From Eledone cirrhosa (lineage: Eukaryota), in the NCBI GenBank assembly GCA_964016885.1, contig OZ024740.1, positions 374,666,001 through 374,730,000 of the forward strand: a stretch of 64,000 bases of DNA, read 5' to 3'. The notes below the pieces were generated by a model. That model made no database searches, was not told where the DNA came from, and saw only the letters and a list, made by a program, of their open reading frames with translations. Each line of letters opens with the position of its first letter. Positions within the stretch are counted from its first letter, which is position 1. Position numbers and translations under genes: made by a program. Below, piece after piece: positions 14,557-27,333 of this stretch.

Positions 14557-14624
14557 TACTTTATTATATATATTTCGGATGTACTCTGCTGGTTTCTTCA
14601 GTACGTCCTCATCAGATAAAATAC
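14557..14624 (-). ncRNA. Type I hammerhead ribozyme, intact core
   Basis: Reverse complement: tattttat|ctgatga|gga c gtact...agtac a tcc|gaaat atat ata|ataaagta. Its 3' half recurs inverted at 14643-14722. Confidence 0.85.
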
Positions 14625-14713
14625 ATATGTAATATGTACATATGTACATCCGAAATATATATAATAAAATATATTTTGATTACGTGAATGTCTGCATTTA
14701 TTAATATTTTGAA

Positions 14714-14763
<50 letters not shown>

Positions 14764-14842
14764 GCGTGTGTGCGCGCGTGCGAGTGTGTGTGCATGTGTG
14801 TGTGGGCGTTTATGGGCGTGTGTGTGTGTGTGTGTGTGGGTG

Positions 14843-14909
<67 letters not shown>

Positions 14910-15224
14910 ATTAGTGCGCCTGTTTAAGATTAGCCTGCTATGCATATATGGCTATCAATCATGAAATTAGTGATCTGATATCACTATATTTTTTTCATAA
15001 TATCATATGGATGGGGTAGTTTTACAGGACTAAGAAATGATATATCGAGCGTGAGTTTCACTGAGATAAATTACGTTTACATGCTTAACAAACCAACGAA
15101 AGTTGCTTTAGAAGTATATTTTAAAATATATATTATGTGGTGAACATCAAAGCATGAGTCTAGATATGTTTATACACACAACACATATATGAGTATATAT
15201 GTACACATATATATGTGCCTACGT

Positions 15225-15291
<67 letters not shown>

Positions 15292-15360
15292 TATATCTAT
15301 ACACATATATATATACACATATATCTATACACATATATATATACATATATATATAAACAT

Positions 15361-15402
<42 letters not shown>

Positions 15403-15824
15403 ATGTTTATATATGTATGTATATATATATGTGTATAGATATATGTGTATATCTATTATTATTATTACATTCAAAGTAAAGGGTGTGATGAATGATACAA
15501 AATCAAACATATGTCTAGTCTCAATAAACACCTGAAGATAGAATTCAGAGATTAAATCGAGCTTTAATTCGTTGAGTTTTGTATTAAATTTAATAAAAAA
15601 ATTAAAACAATGATGATCCGTTTCAAAATGTCTAATCTGTCGTTATTCGATGCATTATGATGTTGTGGTGAATACACGAGGGAAATATGTTTGATCGCTA
15701 TCAGGTATTCTGTTTTAATGGTTTTTATTAAAATTAATTATATACTCAACGAATTATGTAGTCCTACTTTCAGTGTAGAATGTCTTTAGTTCTATGTTTT
15801 GATATATCTTAGTGCACACTTATC

Positions 15825-15885
<61 letters not shown>

Positions 15886-15917
15886 ACATATGTGTGTATG
15901 TGTGTATGCGTGTGCAT

Positions 15918-16328
15918 ATATTTCCAAAAAGCGATTGAAACCTCATGGGGTAGAAACATAATTTTGGTATGTTTATGTACATTTGTCTCCTAACTTTGAT
16001 TTTGTACCTAATTGTATATGGTTGACTATATGTTTAATCAATTTCTACGGGCTATTAGAAATACTAGGTAAATCTTCCGTGGCTATTGATCGCGGATAAA
16101 ATAGCTATCATTTATTTATCTATTGTTTCTTCAAAGGTATATTTTAAACTTATAGCCTTGCTTAGTCGATTTTGTGTCATTAATTATGCTGATTGGGAGG
16201 AGAAATACTGTATATATTTTATCAACTGATTCTATGGACTTACTTTCTTATATATTGCTCTGATTGTTGATTATTAAATTAATTAATTCATCATTGAGCC
16301 ACACCGTGAATGGTTGCCAAAGACACAC

Positions 16329-16386
<58 letters not shown>

Positions 16387-16976
16387 CTCTGTCTAGTTTA
16401 TGTATATGTAAATCTATATATTTTATATACTCCCGTATGGTTGAGTAACACTATAGGCAGTATTAGACTGCGCTTTCTAGCAACCAGCCTACTCGCCGTA
16501 AGGCACCAATCACAATCTTTCTGACTTGACCACTGGCCATGTGACAATTTTTAGCCATTTTGAATTCGTTTCTGGCAGGTATCATTTAAGAAATATATTT
16601 CTCCAATTGAGTTTATTTCCTGATGAATTCGAAACTCGTGAAATTATCCATGATCGGATATTTCCTAAAAGCGATTGAAACATGATGTGGTAAAAACATA
16701 ATTTTGTTATGTTTATGTACATTTTTTCTTCTAACTTGGTTTTGTACCTAATTGTATATGGTTGGCTATATGTCTAATAAATGTCTACGGGCTATTAGAA
16801 ATACTAGGTAAATCTTCTTTGGCTGTTGATCGCGGATAAAATAGTAATCATTTATTTATCTATTGTTTCTTCATAGGTACATATTAAACTTATAGACGCG
16901 TTTAATTGATGTTTTGTGTGGTTAATTGGGCTGACTGGGAGGAGAAATGCTGTACATATTTTATCAAATGATTCTT

Positions 16977-16978
<2 letters not shown>
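15918..16978 (+). mobile_element. 1.4 tandem copies of a ~740-bp HHR-bearing non-coding unit
   Basis: gcgattgaaa at 15931 and 16671 (period 740), followed by ~300 bp of duplicated sequence. HHR at 16615-16699. Confidence 0.8.
16615..16699 (+). ncRNA. Type I hammerhead motif with extended stem II
   Basis: tttc|ctgatga|attcg...(gaaattatcc/ggatatttc)...cgatt|gaaac atgatgtg gta|aaaac; partly decayed. Confidence 0.65.
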
Positions 16979-17052
<74 letters not shown>

Positions 17053-17059
17053 ATGTAAG

Positions 17060-17106
<47 letters not shown>

Positions 17107-17134
17107 AAGTATGTATATATATATATATATATAA

Positions 17135-17860
17135 GTAAATTAATTGAGAATCAGAATCTCGGCCCACAAAATAATGATAAACAATCTTCGACATGTGTGG
17201 CAGAGGGCTCAATTGTTTGGATAAACCAGAGCTATAACTAACGTTAACGTGGAAAACTGCTTTCTCAAAGGATGTTTCGTTCAAAAATACAGGGGGACCT
17301 GTTACTGGACGCACGTGTAGTCCAGCAAGGAGGTAACCCCTATATATGGCGAAAGAATTCAGTAAGTGTAAATTTTGTAAGAATACAAAAAAATCACATA
17401 TCGAATATGAGTTCTCAACAGACGTGTTAAAATAAACAAGAGCTATTCATCAGTCAATAAGATCAGCTAAAAAATCAATAAAATTAACTGGTCAATAGCT
17501 AAAGCCTGGAGATTAATACAAGTAAATAATCGAGAATCAGAATCTCGGCCCACGAAATGATGATAAACAATCTTCGACATGTGTGGCAGAGGGCTCAATA
17601 GTTTGGATGAACCAGAGCTATAACTATCGTTAAAATACCAACACATAGAGACGATGCCTAGATCATTTGCACAGCCGAAAAAAACGACCATGAAAATTCG
17701 GGTCACTCAAATAATAAATTAATAAATTAATAAATTAAATGAATGTAAAAACTCACCCGGACCCGCTAGAAGGATGTTAAATTCTAGCTTTTTGGGTTTC
17801 TGCAGTTCCTTAATCAATTACTGTCAGCCCACATAAAAATTATATCTGACTTCTAGTAAA
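17135..17860. repeat. Partial tandem of the dispersed ~610-bp unit family (also 14282-14380 inverted and 26480-27290)
   Basis: gagaatcagaatctcggccca...gagctataacta repeats at 17146 and 17532, and is homologous to 26548-27290. Confidence 0.75.
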
Positions 17861-18247
17861 GAGATATATATATACTTATGAAATTCCCGATATACGGTTT
17901 GACTCTCTTTGTTTAATTTGTTTATATATGAATATTGATTGTTTCTTGTATGTCATTCTGTTATTTAGCCCGAGAAAATATCTATGTGTGTCATCAAACG
18001 TTGTACACACATGGATATTTTTTCAAGTTCCAATTGAGTTCTAGCACGTGGCCTGAATTCCTTTTAGAATTAATTTTCGTGCGCATGTATTGTTTCTTTG
18101 GCGTTAATATACTTCCTCATTTTGAATTAGTTTGAGTATTTCTTTAGACCTGCTGGAGTAGCAATCTAACAGATACCTGAGGCACTGATGGTGATTATCG
18201 CTAAATACAGATATTGGTTAGATTATCAATATTAGTATTATTGGGCA

Positions 18248-18374
18248 CCCACTGAAGAATTATAGGAGCCCACTTGAATATGTATATGTTGATCTTATAC
18301 ATGCTCCTACATAAATTGGTATACTTTCACCCAAATTGTAGGAATCTTATAATGAAACGAGACGGCCGTCTGGG
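18248..18374 (+). ncRNA. Type I hammerhead with a large branched stem II
   Basis: ccca|ctgaaga|attatagga...~75 nt...tcttataat|gaaac g agacggc c gtc|tggg; canonical core, GUC site. Confidence 0.8.
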
Positions 18375-18596
18375 AAGAGATATATTCGATATTCTCATGA
18401 AATAATACAGCCAATTTTCCACACAATACAATTAGTTAGCAGCCCGAACGTTTAATTAGGATTATACTCACTTATTTCCTAATGTTTGTTGAGTGAGTTG
18501 GAATTTGGCCAGAGTATCGCTAAAAGCCTTCTTCGAAAATGTATTTATTATATATACTTATATACAATCATAGATATATAAATATGAATTGGAAAG

Positions 18597-18805
18597 TGAT
18601 TTTCTTTTACAAAATGAAAAATAACCGAGGTTTCCCACACGAGTGAAAGGATAAAGAAAAAAAGATGAAATCGAAAATGCAACTGGAATCTTATATTAAA
18701 AAAAAATATATGAACAATATATATATTTATTTGATTCCTTTACCGGTTTGCCAGTCCTTCTACTTTTCAAAAGTAGAGTTGTGATGGAGGGTCTGTGGTT
18801 TTTCT

Positions 18806-18842
<37 letters not shown>

Positions 18843-19710
18843 AAATGTGTAACCCCACATTTTTCTATTGCCCACTCTACTACCCTATATATTGAGTACT
18901 CTGGTGCGTTATAGTGCAACTGCTTCCTTACCACATTTTCTTCGCTATATATATATATATATATATAAGTTAAAACAATGAAATAAAATTTGAGGTCATT
19001 AGAAATATACTTCACTGCTTTACAATCGTTTCTATGTGATAATAATACATCGTACGCATATTTTGTTATCGATCTATCTAGGTTTATTTACAAAATATCA
19101 AATAAAGAATATACTTAACTCTATGTATATCATCAGCCGTTGTCGAAAGTAATGACAATTTATTCAAAATCAATAGTAAATTGAGTTATATGACCTTATT
19201 TGGAGGTAGCTGAAGAACAAGCCAATCAAATTTTGTTTGCCATATGGTGTTAAGAGGAAAAACAACTCACGTTAGTTGAGGTCATGACTCTTTGAAAGCA
19301 ATGGTTGAATGGTGTTAACAATATAATTACTATAAAGAACTTATGAAGAAAAGGGATTGTTATATTGATAGTGGAATGTAGATGGTGGAGTGAAGTTTAA
19401 AAAGGAATGTAAAAATAAAATGTTGAGTTGTGTTGCATGGAATTTTTAGGTGTATATAAATAAGTAAATATGAAATATACAGAGATAAATAGGATAAATA
19501 TAGATAGGTAAAGGGATGGTCATAACTAGGAAATCAACTTTTGAAAAGCAGAAAAATTGCGAAACCGGTAAAGGAACCAAATGAATATATATATATTTTA
19601 AAAAATAAGACTCCAGTTGCATTTTCGATGTCATCTGTTTTTCTTCATACTTTTACTCGTGTAGAACACTTCGGTTATTTTTCATTTTGTCAAAAACCTC
19701 ACTTTCTAGC
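18597..19710. repeat. Inverted repeat pair (~18597-18785 / ~19530-19710) carrying HHR motifs
   Basis: caaaatgaaaaataaccga...aaaatgcaactgga...cctttaccggttt vs aaaccggtaaagg...tccagttgcatttt...tcggttattttcattttg. Confidence 0.8.
19538..19573 (+). ncRNA. Minimal hammerhead, U3-A8 variant
   Basis: ctt|ttgaaaa|gcag aaaaa ttgc|gaaac cg gta|aag; palindromic stem III accggt. A decayed mirror copy lies at ~18737-18775 (-). Confidence 0.75.
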
Positions 19711-19827
19711 ATATATATATATATATATATATATATGTGTATATAAGTATATATATACACATATATATACACACACACACACACATATATATATATAAGC
19801 GTGTGTGTGTGTATGTATATATATATA

Positions 19828-20415
19828 AGAATCATTTGATAAAATATATACAGTATTTCTCCTCCCAATAAGCATAATTAACCACACAAAACCTTAATTA
19901 AACGAGGCTATAAGTTTAAAATATACATATGAACAAACAATAGATAAATAAATGATAGCTATTTTATCCGCGATCAACAGCCAAAGAAGATTTACCCAGT
20001 AGTTCTAATAGCCCGTAGAAATTGATTAGGCATATAGCCAACCATATACAATTAGGTACAAAATCAAAGTTAGAAGAAAAATGTACATAAACATACCAAC
20101 ATTATGTTTCTACCCCATGAGGTTTCAATCGCTTTTTGGAAATATCCGATCATGGATAAATTCACGAGTTTCGAAATCATCAGGAAACAAACTCAATTGG
20201 AGAAATGTTTTTCTGAAATGATCCCTGCCAGAAACGAATTCAAAGTGGCTAAGAATTGTCACATGGCCAGTGGTCAAGTCAGAAAGCTTGCGATTGGTGC
20301 CTGATGGCGAGTAGGCTGGTTGCTAGAATGTGCAGCCGAATACTGCCTAAAGTGTTACTCAACCATATAGGAGTATATAAAATATATAGGTTTACATATA
20401 CATGAACTAGACAGA

Positions 20416-20476
<61 letters not shown>

Positions 20477-20690
20477 ATTTTTGGCAACCATTCACGTTGT
20501 GGCTCAATGATGAATTAGTTAATTAATTATATGGACTTACTTCTTATATATTGCTCTGATTGTTGATTATTTAATTAATTAATTCGTCATTGAGCCACAC
20601 CGTGAGTAGTTGCCAAAAACACGCACATATATATATGGCACTGTCTAGTTGGTGTATATGTAAACCTATACATTTTATATATATATATAT
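19828..20690. mobile_element. Second insertion of the ~740-bp unit: minus-strand copy (19828-20528) plus short inverted plus-strand segment (20530-20690)
   Basis: Reverse complement of the unit in 15918-16978. Local fold-back around 20529. Confidence 0.8.
20105..20189 (-). ncRNA. Type I hammerhead, canonical core
   Basis: Reverse complement: tgtttc|ctgatga|tttcg...cgatt|gaaac ctcatggg gta|gaaaca; 6-bp stem I, stem III acctc/ggggt. Confidence 0.8.
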
Positions 20691-20691
20691 A

Positions 20692-20777
<86 letters not shown>

Positions 20778-21055
20778 GGGTATAGGAGTGTGTGTGTTTT
20801 TGCGAAAACTGTGAATGTGCTTGTAGACACCTGACCAAAGGTATTGTTAGCTTAATTGAACCTTAAATATCAGGATGGCACCCCCAGAGTGAACCTGTCT
20901 ATAGAATTTTTTTTATTTCTTTGTTATTTTAAATATAGATTTTAAAGAATTCCCTTCTCTTTAAACCCATCAACCAATGACCTCCACCCAAGCCAATCAC
21001 CACCAACTTCTACGACCAGAACATATATAAATACCACCATTTTACTTGGACAGCC

Positions 21056-21106
21056 GGCTTCCTGATGATTTCTCCGGAGTGAAACAGTTCCAGTCCTGTA
21101 GAAGCC
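21056..21106 (+). ncRNA. Type I hammerhead, intact canonical core
   Basis: ggcttc|ctgatga|t ttc tccg gag t|gaaac ag ttccagtc ct gta|gaagcc; 6-bp stem I, c(UCCG)g loop II. Confidence 0.88.
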
Positions 21107-21139
21107 TTTCTATATTAAATATTTATACTCTACTTTGTA

Positions 21140-21340
21140 TTGAGTACCTTACTTACTATGGTTACCTCCGATTGAACCCGGGATAAACTTATATATATAT
21201 ATCTGAAAAAGTATGACGCCGACGTCAGAGCTCAAGCCGTTTCGACGGCTATTTCTGGACTATTTCCCACTCTACTACCCTAAGTGTTGAGTATACTGGT
21301 GCGTTATGGTCCATATGGTTCCTTACCACAATTCCTTTGT
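21140..21340. repeat. Mosaic of PLE pLTR terminal fragments, including the 3' half of an HHR (21216-21261, minus)
   Basis: 21140-21190 matches 60403-60452; 21205-21261 matches 60604-60657; 21266-21340 matches 39627-39700 and 18870-18945. Confidence 0.75.
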
Positions 21341-21579
21341 TATATATGTATATATATATATACATTTATATGCATATCCAGCTATATAGATATATTGCAT
21401 ATTGCATTATATTACGTATAAAATATTATACATATAATATAATCGTGTTCTCATATATTTCCAGCAAATGGTATTTACATCTGTAATAACTCATTAATTC
21501 TCACGTATATGCATGTACACATATGTGTTTATACTTATATACTTCTGTATATGTGGCTATGACGCATTTGGCGCATCGG

Positions 21580-21730
21580 TACCGAATGGGTAAGAAGTTC
21601 AGTTCGTAATCATCTCGCTCCTGGTTAGATTCCACCGCTTGGCCTCTAAGGAGAATGTCATTTGTCATGGTCACGGGTCTACCAAAGACATGTGGGTGAA
21701 TGAGTTAATGAAAAACTCCTTGGTAGCCGA
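21580..21730 (+). mobile_element. Degraded CORE-type tRNA SINE
   Basis: ggtaagaag...cctggttagattccac...gggtctaccaaagacatgtgggtgaat resembles octopus OR-type CORE SINEs (recalled, not searched). Confidence 0.5.
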
Positions 21731-21899
21731 TGGATGAACTATACCTGTAATACAAATAACCAACCTTATCATACAGTTATGTCTGTGAATTGCTCAGTCT
21801 TTTAGACGAACTTTCTCTACATTGTTTGAAAAACAGATGCATCTATAGTTGAAACTGAGATAGGTGCTTTCAATGTAATGGTGATTTGGGCTTCGTCGT

Positions 21900-22740
<841 letters not shown>

Positions 22741-25267
22741 CATAAACAAATTGTATATAGGTAATTAATATCTTTCGCTCTATAATGTTTACTAGTAGCC
22801 CTTCGGTATTACATTATATATAATTGAGCCACCATGAAAATTATTCATATATAAAATATATAAGCTGTAGGGATCAACTGCTCAGTACATCTTAGTATGT
22901 ATTACTGGACTATGCTAATAATGATTAAATGTGCACATAATGCACAGACACTGAGATAACTGTGATATGTTCGATCACCACTTTATATATCAACAGTGAG
23001 ACTTCTGCATGCTTCTAATTGGCTTCATATATGTCTCCACTCAGCATGATAGTTATTCCACTACTTAAACTCTTAATATACTTCTTACTCTGGCACAAAT
23101 ATTTCAGCTATATGGGATGTCTTATGTCTGATCCTATCTATCTAATATATACAATTTACTGCCGCAAGAAGAAGGAGTGATAAAGTCGAGATTTCAGCAC
23201 AGGACATAAAGTAAAAACCGAAAAATAATTTTCCCGATATCATAAAAATTCTGTCAATAACTATTGTTTATTAAAGCCAAAATATGAGATTGTTTCATGT
23301 AAAATACAGAATAGTAATTCTTATAAATGCAGTTCTGATGGGCGGCTGTCGTGTTTAGACATGTCTTCTGTATCTTAATAAATCTCTCCGCTGCGAGTAA
23401 CAAGGAGAGGAAATACAAATTGCCTGCGTAAGACTGGTACACTTGCATGAGCCAGAATATAAAGAATGGATCGTAAATTGCTATCCTGTCAACAGTCTAT
23501 CACACAATATGAAAAGGTTTTCCTCGTTCTTGTGATATAAGCAATGATGTATTAGATGTATTTTACTATATATTATCGATCATCGTATATTATAAGTAAT
23601 ATACATGATTTATAAACGAAACATATTTCGTGCGATATGAAAATACGAATAAAACATTGCTATGATATTTATTAGATCATTTTGGATATCACATTTTTAT
23701 TAAATTATTATGGTAATAATCACAAAAATAAAACGTAGTACAGGCCAACTAGGAAACCCTTACCAAATTCCTTTCAACTCACAAATGCCGTCGATAAAAG
23801 AAGAAGGATATATTAGAAAAAGGAGTCTTCATTAAAATGATTGACTATGAAATAAGCTCAGTTTGTGTGAATGTATTCGGGTTCTGTATGGAGCTATAAA
23901 TAACAAGAGGTCCCTGTTTAATATAAAGGAGGTAATGACTGGTAAATATGCGTTGTCTCTTTCTTAGAGAGTTTAAAGAACTATAGGTAGAGTATTTACG
24001 GCGAGAATGTAATACTTCACTTTTGTCTCCTTCGACGTATGCATTCTGAGATCAAGAGAAACACAGAAACATGGAAATAATAGGATTTGAGTGACGTGAC
24101 ACCGGTGGTGTAAAGGACAGTGTCTGCCAAGGGGGTTTTGACCTGAAAGCGCAGAAAGCGAGGAAAATTATCGCAATTGATCATATCCAAAATATAAAAC
24201 GTTAGGAACTCTTTTACTTACATTTAAAATTATATTAAGTCATTGAAATTCTTTATCAATTGAAATGTACTTTGCGAAATATCTAAGGATATTTGCGCAT
24301 GTTATGGAAACGACACCTCAAAATATTCTAGAATTACAGGTGTATTACCCAGCTCGTTTAGGAATGTAATGAGGGGGAGGCAATCGGATACTGGTCAGCT
24401 ATATAACATGTAATTTAGGGCCTATTGTGTTCTCATATCTCCCAAGACGACAGAGGTCGTTGCATATTTTTTCTAGGTTTCAATAAAATAAGCACATTTT
24501 AGAGCTAATTTCCAATGAAATGGTAAATAATAAAATAATAGAAAAGTTCAATTTCTGATTAATGTAATTTCACTTCAATATAATATTTAATCCTAAAAAC
24601 GACTGTTCAAATATCGACCATCCCTTTTCTATTAATCGAAACCGAAACATGTTTTTGCATTGTCAAAAGGAAATCACTATAATTGTCTATCAATGCTGCT
24701 GGCGTTCCATAAACCATAGCCCACTAAAAGAAAAGCGTTATAATACATGGTTTGATCAAATTATGTATTACTATTAATAAAATATGACTCTCTGTTCGTC
24801 TGCTGTGTATTTCTGTTCATATATATATATATACAGAGGCAAACAACATATATAATCGATTAAGAACAACAAATGCGTCCAGGAATGCAATATATGCGGC
24901 AATTCATTTATCAAGTAGAACACGTAATTACACTGCCATTTCAGTGTCAATTTATATTCATTTGCTCTTTGAAATTTATGGGTTCATATAGTATTTTGCA
25001 TTGCTACTTGTGTGTACGTAGTTATATACTGTATGTGCGGGTACGATAAATGATATATTCCGTTAACTGGAGGTAAATAAGAGATCCTCAAATGGATAGG
25101 TTGTATATAGATCCGGAAATCTATCGGAAATTTATCGGAATGTGTGAATGATTTACATTACCATATATTTTATCCACAAAACAGAATAAAGGAAAAATAA
25201 CGTTATATATATACATTTATTTTCTAATTGGTAGAATCCGTAATATATTGTTAGCATTACGCTATTC

Positions 25268-25363
<96 letters not shown>

Positions 25364-25607
25364 ATCTCTCTCTCTCTCTCTCACTCTCCAACCTCGGACT
25401 GTCATTAGCTTTATCCAATTTCCTCGTTCATTGTTGCCCGATATTTGTTTAGCAATACTTGCAAAAAGCAGATAAAAAGAAGAATTAAACCATTATTATT
25501 GTTGTTGAAAGATACATTCAGTGATTCTGAAAGACGGTTTTAATAAATACTTAAACATAAACACGTACAAATAACCACGCACCCACACACATAGACACAC
25601 ACACACG

Positions 25608-25638
<31 letters not shown>

Positions 25639-25719
25639 GATAAATGCCAATTCTTTACAGAAGCCGCTCCTCTCTTGAACTAATTTCTTGCTATTATGAA
25701 TCACCAAATTCAGGCTGCG

Positions 25720-26103
25720 GGCCAGTTTGAAAAAAGTGTGTTGTTTTCGAGTTTTAGGGATTCAAACTCACAGACACACACACACACACACAGATAGACA
25801 TCCTCTGGAAAGTGACGTAATGCAGACAGCCAGACATACAGACAGATATTATAAGGGCGCGACGTTATATGTATGTATCTATCTAACAAGAGAAATACTA
25901 AGAATTATAGAGAGAGATCGCTAAATCGCCTAATGCGATCCGCAGGGCATTGAACATTTGGGAATATTTTGCTCAGAAAACTCCCTGAAACATAAGTATT
26001 ACATGTGTATAATTTGAAAACAGTCGGTTGGGTGGTTCTTGAATTTTAGGGATTCAAACTCACACACACACAGACAGACATCCTCAGTTTTATATATATA
26101 GAT
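25720..26103 (-). mobile_element. Non-autonomous Helitron-like 5' end with an internal partial duplication
   Basis: Minus strand begins TCTATATATATAAAACTGAGGATGTCTGTCTGTGTG...AACCGACTGTTTTCAAA, similar to Lep1-type Helitron starts. ttttagggattcaaactcaca...gacatcctc occurs at ~25753 and ~26044. No 3' CTAG end was located. Confidence 0.45.
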
Positions 26104-26444
26104 GATCTGCTCTGCATAGAATGCTAGCTCTGGTTCGCTCACCAGTGTTCTTCGGATAAACAGTCTCGAACAGAAACATGAACTTTCCTCTCTAAATATG
26201 TAGGAAAAACTAATATATGTTCTGCTCCATTTTATTAGTATTCGTGTAAATATGCAATTTAACTGCACTTTACACATCCCCCGTTGAAAAAGCATATTAT
26301 CAAGAAGCAGGTACCACGATTAAATGCGGAAATCCCCACTTTATAAATAAATGTGTTCATATTATACTGAAAAAATCCCTACTGTATTTTTTCCTGTTTA
26401 CTATTTCTTTATATATATCAACTCGTCTATCACTTTTCTACATT

Positions 26445-26484
<40 letters not shown>

Positions 26485-26547
26485 TTAGCGAGAATCGGAA
26501 CTTCGGCCCATGAAATAACGAAAAACAATGTATATATATATATATAT

Positions 26548-27285
26548 AGTAGAATAATCGAGTATCGAAAAGTCGGCGCACGAGTTCACGGTAAACAAAA
26601 TTCGAAATGAGCGGCAGAGGGCTCAATAATTCAGATAAATTAGAGCTATAACTATCGTTAACATACCGTCACACATAGAACATGTCTACAATCAACCATA
26701 TGACCGAAAAATTACGATCTGGAAGATTCGGGACACTCAGATAAAATATCAATAAATCAATAAATCAAATGAATGTAAAAAGCATACCCGGACCCGCTAG
26801 AAAGATGGTAAATCTAGCTTCTTGGGTTTCTGTAAATCCTTAAACTGCCCTCCATCAGCTCACATAAAAATATATAAGACTTCTAGAAGCCAGCGGACCG
26901 GAATTTACTTCCTCAACGAGCTTTTGTCCGAACGAGTAAAAAAGCCATAACCCAAGTTGAAAAAACGCACATGGAATTCAGCAAGGGAGATAACCTCTAT
27001 ATCCGCAAAAAATATTCGGGAAAATGTGGAAATACACATATCGAATAAGAGTGCTCAATAAACATGTTAAAATAAACAGGAGCTATACATCATTTAATAG
27101 AATCGACAAAAAATGACCAATAAAATTAACTGGTCAATAGCTAAGTCTAGAGCTAAATATAGTAGAATAATCGAGTATCGAAAAATCGGCGCACGAGTTC
27201 ACGACAAACAAAATTCGAAATGAGCGGCAGAGGGCTCAATAATTCAGATAAATCAGAGCTATAACTATCGTTAAAATACCGTCAC

Positions 27286-27290
<5 letters not shown>
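26548..27290. mobile_element. 1.2 tandem copies of a ~612-bp non-coding unit between (TA)n tracts
   Basis: agtagaataatcgagtatcgaaaa at 26548 and 27160. Confidence 0.8.

Positions 27291-27329
<39 letters not shown>

Positions 27330-27333
<4 letters not shown>

Noticed and set aside
15530-15600. ctgaaga followed by a long hairpin
   Set aside because: GAAA is absent (taaa instead) and there is no stem I; at most a very old relic.
19095-19140. Minus-strand ctgatga with a tatac/gtata stem
   Set aside because: No GAAA or NUH follows.
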